A stretch of DNA of 64,000 nucleotides. Source: Prorocentrum cordatum. Lineage: Eukaryota. Of the stretch, positions 1-13,344 are shown one piece after another. Where the stretch lies: NCBI GenBank assembly GCA_963575745.1, contig CAUYUJ010000002.1, positions 2,170,001 to 2,234,000 of the forward strand, given 5' to 3'. Numbering within the stretch: position 1 is the stretch's first letter; every line of letters begins with the position of its first letter. The translations under genes were made by a program, and so were the position numbers. The notes below the pieces were generated by a model. The model worked only from the letters and a program-made list of their open reading frames with translations, had not been told where the DNA came from and did not search any database.

Positions 1-464
1 CCCCGCTTTGGACCACGCATGTGCCTCCGGCTAGGTTTTGAGAACCGAGGACGACTTTCGCCGGCCGACGCTGAGCCGAAAAGGCGATATCCATGGGAGC
101 GCACCATCGGACGCCAGGGTCTCCAGGATCTCCGGAAGCTCCAAGGGCATCCAGAGGTACGCAGGAGCCCCAATATACCCCCCGCCCAAATGAAAACATC
201 CTCGACCATCCTCGATCCTAGATCCATCATCCTCCCCCTCCTCGTCCGCCTTGTGGGGGAAGCAGCTGAGGGGTGGGGGGGGGGACATACACTTCGAATC
301 GGCGATGCATTTCCGATTGATCGGCGATAGGCCCCCGATAGCGAACCGCACGTTCCTGGGCGGGGTGAGCTATCAAACATCTATCGGCGATGAGTGGGCG
401 ATAGGGGGTCAGCGCACCCTCTTCTGGGCCAATTCACCCCCAACGTTGCCCCTGAACCTCTCCC

Positions 465-1310
465 CCTCCCCCTTGTCCCTCCCCATCCTCCTCCTCCTCG
501 TCCACCTCCTCCTCGTCCTGATGCTGTTGCTGCTGCTGTTCCTCCTCCTCCTCCTCCTTTTCCTCCTCCTCCTCTTCCTCCTCCGCCTGCTGCTACTGCT
601 GTTCTTTCTGCTCTTCCTCCTCTTCCTCCTCCTTCTCCTCCNNNNNNNNNNNNNNNNNNNNNNNNNNNNNNNNNNNNNNNNNNNNNNNNNNNNNNNNNNN
701 NNNNNNNNNNNNNNNNNNNNNNNNNNNNNNNNNNNNNNNNNCCTCCTCCTCCGCTTCCCCCTTCTCTATCATCCTCCTCCTCCGCTTCCTCCTCCTCATC
801 CTCATCCTCATCCTTCTCCTCCGCTTTCTCTTCCCCCTCTAGCCTCGATCCTCCCGGGTCGACGGGCCTCCCGCGGCGCCCTACCAGCAGTGGCGGTTCG
901 GCCCCTCTAGGCGGGCTGCGCCCAGACACGCTACGAGGCGTCGGTGCTGTGGCGCGGCGTGGAGGCGCAGCGTCGTCGCCGGCGTCGTGGGCCTCGGCCG
1001 CCTCGTCGCCGTCCGTCGTTGTCGTCGCCGTTGTCGCCCTTGTCCTCTTCCGCCTCCTCCCCCTCCTCCTCTGCCTACTCCTCCTCCTGCTCCTCCTCCT
1101 ACTCCTCAGCCTCCTCCTCCTCCGCCTCCTCCTCCTCTTCCTCCTCCTCGTCCTCCTCCCCCTCCTCCTCATCATCTTCCTCTTTATCCCCCTCCTCCTC
1201 CTCCTCCTTCTTCCTCCTCCTCCTCCTGCTCCTGCTCCTCTCCTCCTCCTCCCTCCTCCTCCTTCCTCCTCCTCCTCCTCCTTGTCCTCCTCCTCCGCCT
1301 CCTCCTCCTT
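465..1310. repeat. (CCT)n-type pyrimidine-rich microsatellite region spanning the assembly gap
   Basis: Long degenerate CCT/CTT runs; produces poly-L/P/S/E/R spurious ORFs. Confidence 0.9.
642..741. other. Assembly gap (100 N)
   Basis: Exactly 100 N, flanked by CCT repeats. Confidence 0.99.
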
Positions 1311-2549
1311 CCACTCGAAAGGTACCTCATCAGCGCAGTGCCTTCATGCCTTGCTTTTCTCGCCCCATCCTTGACTTTGCCATCCGCTGCCATTTTTGCC
1401 CGAAGTGTTCCGTGCCCGCCTTAGCCTTAGACGCGCCTTTGACGCACTTCCTTATCTTTCACACCCACTTCTACACCCATATGTTAGATGGTAGCGAGGC
1501 ACGACGCTCCGTTGACACAGCCGCGCCATGTTTCGCCAGACCCCGACAGACACGGTCCCAGCCCCCCGCCGTATGTAGTCATCCCGTTGTTCACGTCGCG
1601 CCTTCGTGCAACTTCTCCCGATCACCATGGCAGGGGACGTTACTTTACCGCCCGTCAAAGCAGTAGCCCCTTTGCCAGGACCGGCACCCTCTCTCGTTCA
1701 CGATGGCAGGAGACGTAGCTCGAGGGTCGGGGGGGTCATCCGCCCATCCGCCAGGACCAGTGGCCGGGAGCGTGCACAGCCAGAACGTAATCAGGGACAA
1801 CACCACCAATATCCACAAGGACCGTTATACGACCCATCCCAGGCACGCTCGGACTGTGCCCAGGCAGCTCGCGGACCCCAAATTGACAGTGCCCCCCGCC
1901 CGCGGGGGTAGCGTCAGGTGATAGACAACTGCTCGACTGCTCGACACAACGTGCACATTTGCGGTGTCAGAACAAGGTCCCGAGCTTTTCGGGACTGCGT
2001 CTCAAGAGCCCTGGGAGAAGCAAGCAAAGAAGAGGCATCCGGCGACTGTGACGCTGCCGCCGAGCGGGGATGCAGTGGAGAGCATGGGAATGGCGTTCGC
2101 AATCCCCCCGAGGTAATGCAGCGGAGGGCATGACAGCCGGGACACCATTCCGAGGCGCCACACATCGGGACCCGACTCTTCGCTTTGCCTGCTCAAACCC
2201 GCCAGCCAGGCAGGACGGGTTCCCGACGCGTGCTCCTCTCGACGGTTTCGCAGCTGGCGGTGCTCAGCGCGGTGACCACACGGCGCACGAAAAAAATGTC
2301 CGCGACTGTGTCGCGGGATGCCCCGAGCACCGCGAGCCACACAGTGACGCAACATGAACAGACGCCCCATGCGCCGACGAGGAGGAACACATCCGGGGCA
2401 TGTATCCTCGACGACTCATGCAAAGCCGCTGGAGGATCCCCAGCCGCCAGCACCGCTACGGCACGTGGAGGATGGAAGGGCATCGGGGCGGGCATGATCG
2501 CCATCGCAAGCTGCGTCGCCTGCATGGGCGCAGGCTGCGGCGGTGGCAA

Positions 2550-2840
2550 CGCGCGACACCTCCGCACCTGGGGGCCCGAGCGGCAAGCTCGAGTGCCCTT
2601 CCAGGAGTGGTTGCGCGAGGCGGTGATCTGGTCAGTAGCGAACTCACACCTCAACGAGTTTCTCCAGGCGGCCTACATCTCGTCGCGCTCCACCGGCACG
2701 GCGCGCGAGCACGCGGACGAATGGCCGCCGATTGTCCCGATCCAGGGAGGGGTCATCAACGGCAACCCAGTGACACCGGTGACCTTCCGCGTGCACATTT
2801 TGGCCGGACGGGGCAAATTGGGCCCGGAAGAGAGCGCTTC
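2550..2840 (+). pseudogene. Gag N-terminal fragment of a decayed LTR retrotransposon
   Basis: Translation WGPERQARVPFQEWLREAVIWSVANSHL..QAAYI..GTAREHA..GGVINGNPVTPVTF..EE resembles the P-W..F/Y..W....W start of the Gag in the intact element (PPPWPGFGHYRQWSRAIRRW). Confidence 0.5.
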
Positions 2841-5800
2841 GGCTACGTCAGCACCGACGAGGCCCAACCATTCAACAATTCAACCAATTGCCGCGTGAGC
2901 GCATCGGCATTTTCCACGTTAGATCCGGCAGCCTGCGCAACCAGGCACAGCAAGTTGGTCGACTCATCATCGGCCACGGGGGCCTCAGCTTCCTCTTGCT
3001 GCGCGCCGCTGGCGCGTCGAACGTCCAGCTGACCACGTTCGCGCAGCACCGTCGCGCGGCCCGCCCCGCGAACGCCGCGCAGCTCGCGCGCGCGACGGGC
3101 CAGCTGCGGCGCTTCGGGCGCATAATCGAGGGGTCGCCGGGCGGCCTCGCCCCGGCGGCCCACGCGGCCCAACGACGCGCTCCCCACACGAGTTCGCCCG
3201 CGCAATATCGGGTTCTGGGCGCCTGCGGCGCAGCGGCCGGACCGAGCCTGGACGGCGCGGGCCCAGCTGCGCAGGGGGCGGCGCCGAACCCGCCCGCGCC
3301 GGCAGCCGCCGGCGACGCCGGCACGGCGTCACCAGCACAAGGGGCACCCCCAGCAGCGCACATAGACCCCATCAGCTCTTTCGGCGAAGGCGATGCCGCA
3401 CGCGGTCATGCGATCCCGAGCTACGCGGCGCATCCGCGGAGCAACGCAGCGCGCGCCCCCCGGGCCTACGATCGCGCCGCAGCGCGCCAGCGCAGTTTCA
3501 ACGACAACAGCCATCCCACGCGCAGCGCCCGAATAATCACCGAGCGGAAGGGCGCGGACAAAGGCGCAGGCTACCGCGCCTCCTTGGCAGACGCGTGGAA
3601 TTTCGCCGGCTTCGGGTAGGGCAGAGGCACGGGCGAACGGAAGCGCGGGGCCGGCGGAGCGGGGTCCGGCCGCCACCCGAAAGGCCACGAGCGCGAAACC
3701 GATGAGCACCTCGTGCGCGACCGCCCCCCGCGCCGCAACCATGGGCGCGCTCTCCTCGCCTGCGCCCCTGCGCCTTCGCCACCACCAGCATCCTCACCGC
3801 TCGCGCATCTGTGTCAGCAGGGGCTGCCAGGTCCACCCGAACAGCAGCCCGCGCCAGGTTGGATGCCGGTGGGGGCCTGAAATCTCGTCATTCTGGAGAA
3901 CCGCAAAACAAGCGCCATGGATGCAGATTATGCCATTCTGCGCATTGTGGGCGCCCTCGTCATTCGCTTCCCATCAGGCCCCGACCTGTTCCAAATCCAC
4001 GGATTCTGGAATTCTGCGGATCAGGCCTGCGTCGTGCACGCGTCGCGTCGCAATCCACAGGATTGGTGTTAATCTGTAGATTGGAACTCCATCGTGGGTC
4101 CACAGAATGTCCTTCAATGCGTGGATGATAGTCGCCCCCCTGGCGATTCGGATCCCGTGGCCCCCTTTCACGTGCGCAGAATCATTTGCAATCTGTGGAT
4201 TTTCAGCGCGTCGGGCACAACCCCCGAATCAACATAATCTGGCATCATGTGGATTTGTTGCGGCCCCCAGAGGGACCCGAGACGACGAGACATTCAGCGC
4301 CATAATCAACACAGTTCGCAAATCTGCAGATTTCGCATGCTCCGGGTAGAGAAGTTCGGCCCCTCTCCAGTTTCAGGGGAGGGTCGGCACCCAAGCGCTA
4401 GGGGCGCGTGCAGCGTGCCAGCCAGCGGCTCCAGGCACCGGGCAAGGCGGTCCCACGCAGAGTGCTGACCCCTGGAACGGCGGACAGCTGACTCCAGCAG
4501 CACGGGCGCCGCGGCCAACAGCAGCCGCAGCCGCTCCAAGTGCGTCGTCGCAAGACGGCTCTTGGCAGCATGTCGGCCACGGCCATTGGTCACGATGGGT
4601 GGGCACATCATCCCCCCCTTCGTCTTCTCGCAACCATCACGACGTAGAAGTACGACCACTGCGACCGGAGATGGCAGCACTCATGAGCGGCGCGCAGGAC
4701 TCCACGCAATTGACGGGCCCTGCGACTGCGCCACCAGCCCGCGCTGCAGCAGCGGGGGGCCCAGCACCAGCCACGGCAGCCACGGGGGCCGCCGCCGCAC
4801 CAGCAGCGCCAAAAGCTCCAGCAGCTCCAACAGCACCACCGCAACCAGCACCATAACGGTGGGCACGAGTGCGCGGCGCGTTCCCGCCGGGGCAGGCCCG
4901 GGGGCGCGCTTGGGCAGGCGATCTCAACAACGAGTCGCCGCGCCTCCGGCCCCGCCTGCCGGCGCGCAGTTGCCGGGCTGGGCATCGAGCTCCACGCGGC
5001 CAACGCAGTCCGCATCGGCAGTCGCGCCACCGCCAGTGCCGGAGCCCCCCCAGAAGCTGTCACTGTTCAACCAGAACAGCCCCGTCGACGCGAGCCAACC
5101 GTCTGCGAGAGCGGCCGCGCGGTTCGACGGCCGCGAGATCTGGATGGCCAGCGGCGGCCGATCCGAGCAACGCGGGGGCACCGCCCTCGACCGTGCGCAG
5201 CGACGGCACCTCGACGAGCTCCACAGCACACAGTTGGCGCCGGAGCGAATGCGGCAGCAGGGCGAGCAGAGCCAGCAGGCCGCACAGAGTTGGATGGATT
5301 GAAGCCCCCGTTCACCTTGACTCCTGCGCCATCCGCCCTGCCTGCCGAGCCCCCGTCTGTCGCATCTGTTTCGGGCAATGATAGGGGGCGGCAAATGCCT
5401 CGAGGCCCTCGAGCGTGGCGAGAGGGCGGCGCGCCTGCAGTGCCGCCGCATCTTGCAGCGGGCGCGCCATCTGCAGCCGACGCAGAACACAGACGCCCGC
5501 TTGGCGCGCTGCCCCGCGCGCCGCGGCCCAGCCGACATAATCGCCCGTTTCCGCCGAGTCGGCGCTGGTCGCGCGCTGGCGGGCCCAGCGCCCGCCGCGC
5601 TGGCCTGCGCGGCAGCCGACAGGGACGCGCCGCAAGAGATCACGCCACAGAAGGACCTCGCGCAGTCTCCGCGACCAGCCCCGGCCCCGCGGACGCTTCG
5701 GCATGGCTTCGCGCAGTCGCCGGGCAGCGCGGCCAGCCGCGTGTCTGCAGCGGGCGCGGCGGCGCCCCGCGACGCTCATTTGGACTTGCATATGCCGCCG

Positions 5801-6445
5801 CGCCGGCCGACGACGCCGCGGCGGCCGACCTCGTCGGGCGCGGGCTCGAGTTCATCGGGCGAGTCGCCGCGCTACCTGGCGAGCACCGATCTACCGGGCG
5901 GTTGGTTAGGCGCCACGTTCGACACTGGCGCCTGGACGACCCTCCCGGGACTGCGTTTCGCCATGAATTTTGCCCACCAGGCGAGTCTGCAGCCATCCCA
6001 GGACCGCAGCGCGCAGCAGGTGTTAGCAATGGCAATGGGCCGCTGGTAGGGCGCCGCGAGGTTCACTGCTCTAACTTATTGCGAAGACCACCCGCCATGG
6101 CGCGACCGGTCGACACACCGCGCGCGGCCCGGCCGCGGAGGGCGCAGGCGCTGACGTCCCTGCCCTATGACGTCTGCAGCCCATGCAGTCCATCAGCGGG
6201 GTGGCGGAGACGGGCCTTGACCACGAACGCTTCGAATTCCTTGAGCCAGGCGGCAATGAGGTCGCATGGGGCCCCGTCGCCATCCGCTTCGATCCAGAGT
6301 CGGTGCCGAAGGGTCACTTGCGCATCTTTGGTCGACGACTTCGGCAAGCTTCGGCCGCGCTCCGGGGGCCCGCTGCCCAAGCACTCACGCTGCTGGCGGC
6401 GGAAAAAGACAGGATGACTACACCGCCGACGACCGCGAGTTCGGG

Positions 6446-6848
6446 AAGCTGAAGGCCCAGCGCGTCAGCCCCAACGCACGGGCGCCCCCACAGGGCACGA
6501 TTGGGGCTGCAGGCAACGACCTCCGCGCCTGCGCGGACGTCAGCATTGCGAGCTGGGGTCGACGCGCGCGGCGGCCACAGCACCGCTTGGCACTTACTTT
6601 CGCGCCGCCCCCCTCTCCAGACTCGCCCTCAACTCAAGGGGTGCGACGTCGCGGGCGGCGCGGCGGGAAACGACTTCCGCGGCGAAATCTGGGTGACCGT
6701 GGCGAACACCAGCCCGCGGGCGCACGTGGTCGAGCAGGGCCGCCGAATCGCCCAGCCCATCCTGGAGCGCATCGTCAAGGACACCGAGATCGCGGTCGTT
6801 CCCAACCTTCGCCTGTCCTCTCGCGGACGCGGAGGACACGCTGGCATG
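6446..6848 (+). pseudogene. dUTPase (trimeric type), frameshifted
   Basis: KLKAQRVSPNARAPPQGTIGAAGNDL (motif 1, AGxDL); after a frameshift GAAGNDFRGEIWV (motif 3, DxDYRGEI), GRRIAQ (motif 4), RGRGGHAG (motif 5, RGxGGFGS). Confidence 0.8.
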
Positions 6849-8139
6849 GCGCTCCTTCGCCAGGACGCCACTGCGAGAGAGGCGGCGGCGCGACGTCCAA
6901 GGGGTCGGTCGGTGCCTGCGGCAATGAAGGCTCCGAGGAGCTACCCCGCTCGGAGACCGCCAGGGCGGTCCGCGAGGCTGGCCCCGCCGACCTGCATCGA
7001 CAGGAGTGGGCACCAGGACCAGGACGCCCTGCGCCCTAGAACAAGGACAGGGCACATCATTAGCGCTACAAGACCACGGCTTCGGCGTCTTTCGCACTTC
7101 CGACTTGGAGGGCGCCATCAAGTCGCGGCTCACGCACGATGCGGACATGGACGCGACTCACCTCATCCTCGATTACTTTCCCAAGTTGCGCGCCAGGGTC
7201 AAGAACAGCACCAGGGTGTTAGTGATTTTTGGCCGGCAGCCAGCAGGGCCACAAGTGGAAACAACCAGCACCATGGCAGATGTTCGACAATCACGCGTTC
7301 CATGCCAGTACGCATCAGGCTTGCCACAAGCCTTTGGCCCCAGAGGCCAGACACATCAGGGCAGTCTGCATGGCGCTCACTCAGGTCCCCATCTACAGCC
7401 AGCTGCGCCGATGCAACATCAAACTGGAGGAGCACATCGACGACTAGACGATCATCAACCGACGAGTGCATTTGGCCCTGAGATGTGCCGCGAAGAATTG
7501 CGATTCACACCCTACTGCAGTCGCACTCCAAGCAGCAAGGTCGCATCGAGGAAAGTACGCTTTCAACGAGGCACGACGGCAGTTTGTCAACCAGACTCGA
7601 ACACATCTTCGAGTCCAATGTCAGAACGCAAGCACGACACCCGGCAGCACACCAACGACCACGCGCAAAAAGGCACCTTCCAGTCCTATAGCAGAACGCA
7701 AGCACGACACCCAGCAACACGCCCAGGACCGCGCGCACGCGAACACCTCGAACACCTTATAAGCACGAACAACCAGAGGCGTCCGGTGACTGCGCCACCA
7801 GCGCCTGCCCAGCGGCAGAGCGCATACGCTAGAAGGCGAAGATAAGGAGGACCATGCGCTCAGGGCACGCAAGCAGGTCGTCGAGGACCACTACGACGAC
7901 TGCGGTTCCGACCTCAGTGGTCTGGCCTCTTGCCTTCTTTGGCGACTTCGGTTGCGACGACGGGCGCGAAGAGGACGACCTCTATGGCAACCTTACCGCA
8001 GGTCTGCCCACGCGGCGGTTCCGAGGCTCGTAGACCAGGTTTTCACCGCCAAACGGCCAGCGTGCAATCATCGCAGTCCACCGAGCTCGACACCATCCAC
8101 CACTTCCTTCCCGACCTTGTTGTATTCGGCTACGGCGTC

Positions 8140-8720
8140 GACATGATGGATGTATGCGGTGGAAAAAGATTGGCTGTCCGCCGCCGCCCCAGAGCTGGCG
8201 AGGACTTCGATTCGGTCACCAGCCGCGACCTCAACGACGAGAGCCATCAGCGAGCCGCCGAACGAGATGTTCGACAACATCGGCCACTAGTAATCACCAT
8301 GGTTCCGACCTGACGGCCCTTCGGTCGTTGGGCAACCTTCAACTACAAGCGGAATTATCACACCTGGCTGCGTTCTTAAGAGGACGCGGCCCCCCATGGC
8401 CGATGCTGCGGCTACCCTGCAAAGCTGCAGCTCGAGCTAGGCGGCTACTCCGTCAACGTGCAGCCCGTGCCATAATGGATGTACGACGAGCCGCCATGTC
8501 CAGAGGTGGTGGTTGCGCCGGGCGTGGACAAGGTCATCTTCGACCAATGTCAAGCAGGTCTTCGAGATTCGAGATGGTCAGGGAGGTATCTTGATGACGA
8601 CCACCAGGCTGGTCTCCCATGCTCCAAGGATCCCCAAGCAGTTCGTGGACCTCAGATGCCCAGGCAAGCACGCCCATGTCCTCATCGAAGGCCACAACAC
8701 TCGCGACTCTCAGGTATTGG
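8140..8720 (+). pseudogene. C5-cytosine methyltransferase-like domain remnant
   Basis: MDVCGG..FDSVTSRDL..PLVITMVPT* / GGYSVNVQP / VIFDQCQAGL / LRCPGKHAHVLIEGHNT are collinear with MEVFSPP..FDRLTGWD..PETIWLSSEC / GRFFVFEHP / RVDMCAFEL / LCTGGHRHAILEGSRQT in the intact element. Confidence 0.65.
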
Positions 8721-11240
8721 CCCTGGAACAGGATCGAGCGAATCGCCCAGGGCATAGTGGAAAAACGTCGCCGTCTGAGGCTTCGCGAATTGAGTTCGCG
8801 AGAGCGACGTCCGATCAGCAGCCCTCCCAACAGTGGCCACGGCGGCCACGGAGGGCGAGATCAGACGCGCAGCGGCGGCCGAGCGCACGCGCCACACCTC
8901 CAAGGCGTGCAAGCGCAGCATACGGGCAGACTCGCCCATGCACCCCAGGGATCCAGCAACGCTCCGCCACCTTCACAGCGCCCCGATCCACTGGGAGTGC
9001 CCCGGCATCCAGGAGGAGAAGGAACGCGACCACCCCATGCACGCCCACGGGTTCGGCAAGCGCAGATTCGCGGACCCTCACATGCGTCCGCCCCCACGCG
9101 CTGGCCAGCACCCACGAGCGCCAGCACGACCTGGATGGCCACATCACCCAAGCGTTCAGCAGGCTCAACTACCCAGCGGCGCAGACCTTGAAGCAGCTGA
9201 CGGGGCTGCCCGGCCACCCGCGCCTGCAGGAAAATCAGGAGCCAGCTCTTCATCTAGCGCCGGTGCTCAGGGTAGCGGTTCGGGTGACTGTGCCACTCGA
9301 CCTCGGAGCAGTGGTTTGGGCGGCTGTGTCACTCGACCAAGGATGCGAGCCAGTCCAGCAGCAGGCGCAGATCCCCGACGGTCAGCACCACGAGCTGCCG
9401 ACGCAGCTGTATGCTACCCGACGCTCTCGGACTGGATTCGCTTCGATGGCGTCATATCCCTGCGAGCACTTCGCGGGCAATCACATGAGACACACATGCG
9501 GGAACTGCGAAAGCTGCACCTCCGGCGGTTATCCAGAAGGTAGAGGCCCTCATTATAGGTGGCGGTCAACTCTCGGCGAAGGTTCCGTTTAAGTGCACTG
9601 GGTAACGACAGTGCAGATGTCGCCGTCAGGTTGGGTTCCCTCTTGCACCCCCAGCCCAGACGAGCTGAGCGCGAGGCCGTCGACATCCTGGTTGCTATCA
9701 GTCGCGCTATCGCCAGGCTCGCCTCTTGATTTTACCGTTGTGGCCAAAGCTGGACCGTGACGGGACTGAGCTGGCTTCCGCCAGGCCCCCCAAGCCCCCA
9801 AAGCTCATGGGATTTTGCCACTTCGGGCGCGCTTATCAACGGAGTTTTGATGTGCAACGTCTGCGCGAGGTTCCGCCGAGCCCAGGCCGTACCCCACGAA
9901 ACTGCCTATTCTGGGGGCGGGGGCCCCGCCGGCCCTGAATCAGACCATTGCGCTTGGCCACAGTTCACCGTGCTTGGCGTGCTCATTCGGGTCGAACCTC
10001 TTCATTTGTGCGTGCTGAGTATTGCACTACCACTGCCCACCTTGGGGGGGCCCCTCTTTTTCTAATTCGTAAGCCTGTGGGAAAAAGTCGGCGGGTGGAC
10101 GTACTGTGCTGTACAGAAGGAACCAGCGGAGTTCCACCCTAAGCACGACGATGTCGCAGTTGATTTGCCACCCCGCCTCCTCTGTGGACAACTCCAACGA
10201 TCCCAACGCGAAGGGTGAGGAGCCGGCCCGACAGTTCAGGCTGGTTGCAGCGGCCCTGCGCGACGAGGAGGATGAGCAGCCTCTCGTTCCTGTTGTCGGG
10301 GGGAAGCGGAATGAGACTCTCGATCCGAATAATTTCGCCACATGTTGTGGGTGTTGTTGCGTCTTCTGTCTCGGCCTCAGCCTCAGCAGTGTGGTGCAGG
10401 CCTTGCCTTAGGCAAGGCCACCGCTGCCTCGCAACTCTTGGATTGCACCAGGGGTGCTTGTCGCAGCCGCCAGCTCATGTGCCTTTGTTCATCAGGGGTG
10501 CGAGCGTCGACAAAGAACATGCTTCAAGAGGGCAACCAGTGTTTGCTGGAAAATCTTCCCATGGGCGCGGGCACCCACATGCCGATCGATGTCTAACAAA
10601 CTCCTCCTATTTTCCCTCCGCCTCCTCATCCCCCGCCCTTCCGAGACCTCCAGAGACTTCTGCAGCTTATGAAGGCACCAGTATGGTGTGCACGCGGTTT
10701 TGAATCGAAGGCGTTTGGTGCTTTCCGCTCTACGGGCCTCCAGGGGGCTCCTCGTCGCATCACTTGGGCTACCCTCGATGTGTTATGCAACGAGCTCAGA
10801 GAAATGTTTCATCCTTCCTTTATTATCATCCGCCTTATTATTCTCCTCCTCATCCTCCTCCTCGTCCTCTTCCTCTGCAGCCCTGATTTCTCCTCCACGC
10901 TTCTTCCTCCTCCTTTCTTCCTCCTCTTCCTCCTCCTCCTCCTTCTCTTCCTCCTCCTCCTCCTCCTCCTCCTTATCCTTAGCCTTATCCTTATCCTCCT
11001 CCTTCCCACCCTTCCCTTCTCCTCCCCGATGTTCGAGGATCGAGTTTGTTGGATGCGCTACACCCTTTTCGGGCTTCTGGCGGCCTCCAGGGCCCAGAAA
11101 ACGACAGAATCGGCAAACTCGGTGGGGGTCCGCACCGACTGTTTGCGTCGGCGAACAGGACCCCGCCCCATCCTCACAGCCTCAGCGTTCCTCCTGCTCT
11201 ATCAGTAATCCTCCTCCAAATTGCGGCGGAACGGAAAAGC

Positions 11241-11311
11241 GACAACAACAACAGCAACAACAACAATAATAACAACAACAGCAACAACAACAACAACAAC
11301 GACAACTACAA

Positions 11312-11342
<31 letters not shown>

Positions 11343-11404
11343 AACAACAACAACAACAACAGCAACAGCAGCAAGAGCAACAACAGCAGCAGCAACAACA
11401 ACAA
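11241..11404. repeat. (CAA)n microsatellite
   Basis: Direct reading. Confidence 0.95.
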
Positions 11405-11409
11405 TCATG

Positions 11410-12120
11410 TTCGGAATGCTCGCTACTATCTGCTCACGTGCCAATCAATACGTATATCCCAAACCCTCTGTACCCGCCCTCGTCGTCTTCGATCGTACCC
11501 CCTTAGGGCATACCTTCCTTATCTGCCACGTGCACATGTGCAGCCCTTAAAACAAGGGAAGAGAGGACGTGTGGAAGGAGGAGGGGGAAGAATGGAACAC
11601 GAGAGAAATTAGCAGGAGGGGGGCACGGAGCAGAAAACAAGTGGTAGAACCAGACGGGCAGATCGGGTGGGCAGACCCATAGCGGGCAGGTCGGGTAGGC
11701 CGGACCAGGTCGAGCAGGTGAGTTGCTGAAGCGTGGGTCCTGCATGAATCGCGAGGAAGTCTCGAGCGATAGCGCGATTCCCAAGTAAATCGTGAGAAAA
11801 GCCGAAGCGACAGCGTGATTCCTAAGCGCCGAGGGCGCATCGTTTGAACACATTGCAAGGAAGTCCCACGCGAGAGCGCGATGCGCACATGAATTGTCAG
11901 TGAGGAAGTATCAGGCGGGAGCCGCTGTTGTTGTAAACTGGGTGCCAGGGGATCAGTTTGAGCCCCGTGATTTTCCCTGCTCAGAAACAGGGTGCGAGCC
12001 CCGGGGGAAGCACTTCAACTGAACAATGGTCACCGGAAGGGGGGGATCAACAATAATTATTCTTCAGTAGTGGGAGTTCAATGACAACGACAACGACAAC
12101 AACAACAACAACAACAACAA
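11410..12120 (+). mobile_element. Non-autonomous interspersed repeat with (CAA)n tail, copy 1
   Basis: Start (TATCTGCTC..ATATCCCAAACC..TACCCGCCCTC.TCGTCTTCGATCGTA) and end (GAGGAAGTATCAGGCGGGAGCCGCTGT..CAGGGTGCGAGCCCCGG..CAACAAT..TTATTCTTCAG..GTTCAA-(CAA)n) are both shared with 16520-18285. Confidence 0.7.
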
Positions 12121-12121
12121 T

Positions 12122-13015
12122 TACTAGCACGTGGGGACACTCCGTTCTCACCAGTGCCAGGGTTTTCATAGGAGGCGGGCAATACCCCCACTTTGTGGGG
12201 GGGCCGGTTCAAGCTCTACCAAATTTCCAAACGACTCTTCGCCACCACCCACACCCAGCTTCCCGCCCTATGACGTTCGGACACTTCACTTCGTGGCATG
12301 CGGACGACCGTGGCTACTATTCAGGGCCCCGCGGCCGACGACGACGGCGTGCGCGCGCGAAGAAAAAACGAATGTGTCCCGCATGGTATTATTTGACAGG
12401 GATGATGGCCCTGGCAGGTGCGCAACCGTTGTCGCAGAAGTTCGAAAAAGTTGCTCGCAAAAGCCCGTTTGACAGAAATGTTTAAAAAGTGTTGGGTTTC
12501 CTACGAATCCGCAAGAGCGCGCGGGATGAGATTTTGACAATTTTTTGTTGAAAAACCATTGGTTTTTTGATGTTTTTATGTTAAAATCGCTGCGAACACT
12601 AAGGTTTTGGAAGGATTTCGTCTTGCGCGCGCGAATGTCCACTTTACCTTATTTTTTGCAAGGGATTCTTGAAATTTGATTATATTAGAACAAGAAATGT
12701 CATTTTCTATTGTTTTTTGCAAGGGAAAGCGGATTACAACAAAACAACCGGATCCTGTACACACCCTCTTTTCTGAGGCTTTCTCACGAAAATGATGAAA
12801 ATGTAGCTGCGGCCTAGGCGGCGCAGGGGGGGGCGCGCACCAGGGGGCCCAACAATAATTATTCTTTAGAATAAATAATGTTCAACAACAACCAACAACT
12901 AACAACCAACAACCAACAACAACAACACCCACAAAAACAATAACAAGAAGAAGAAGAACAACAACAACAACAACAACAATAATAACACACCAACAACAGC
13001 AGCATAACAACAACA
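12122..13015. mobile_element. AT-rich non-autonomous repeat sharing the hairpin+(CAA)n end
   Basis: Ends GGGGGCCC-AACAATAATTATTCT-TT-AGAATAAATAATGTT-(CAA)n; inserted directly after the CAA tail of the previous element. Confidence 0.5.
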
Positions 13016-13344
13016 ATCGGTTGACCCTCATACGCGATGCTTCCACACGCAGCAGCATGCGACCATCATGATAACCACCCCCATAATGGAGGATTATTGT
13101 TCAATCGCGGGTGTCTGTTATTCTCATTCCCCGATCTTTCGCCCAATGAGGTCTTGCAAACACCTATCCGAGGAATTTCAACATATCCCCCCTCGAAAAC
13201 ACATGCCCGCGCCCTGCTGCGCTGATGCGAGATCGCCAGTGGAGCCCCAGCGAAGGGGACAACACAAGGAAATATCGAGCGACAGGATTAATTTGGTGGG
13301 GATGGGGACTGTCGGCGGCGAGGCAACGACCTGGCCCTGAATAG

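Larger units (their letters stand above)
6440..9540 (+). mobile_element. Decayed Copia-like retrotransposon pol region (dUTPase - MTase-like - start of integrase), truncated
   Basis: Frameshifted collinear remnants: dUTPase motifs; MTase-like motifs that align by eye to 57061-57700; ..DWIRFD..SLRALR..RELRKLHLR at ~9430-9530 as the probable start of the integrase Zn domain. No LTRs found. Confidence 0.65.

Noticed and set aside
251..1666. Poly-L/P/S/R/E ORFs (also near 10.8, 19.1 and 45.0 kb) as membrane or extensin proteins
   Set aside because: Translations of (CCT)n microsatellites.
7229..7447. 2OG-Fe dioxygenase-like remnant (WQMFDNHAFH)
   Set aside because: Too little motif support to call by eye.
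10140..10600. Possible host exons (also 23200-23370 and 32533-32844)
   Set aside because: Short coding-like stretches with no recognisable motif or verifiable splice structure; RNA-seq is needed.
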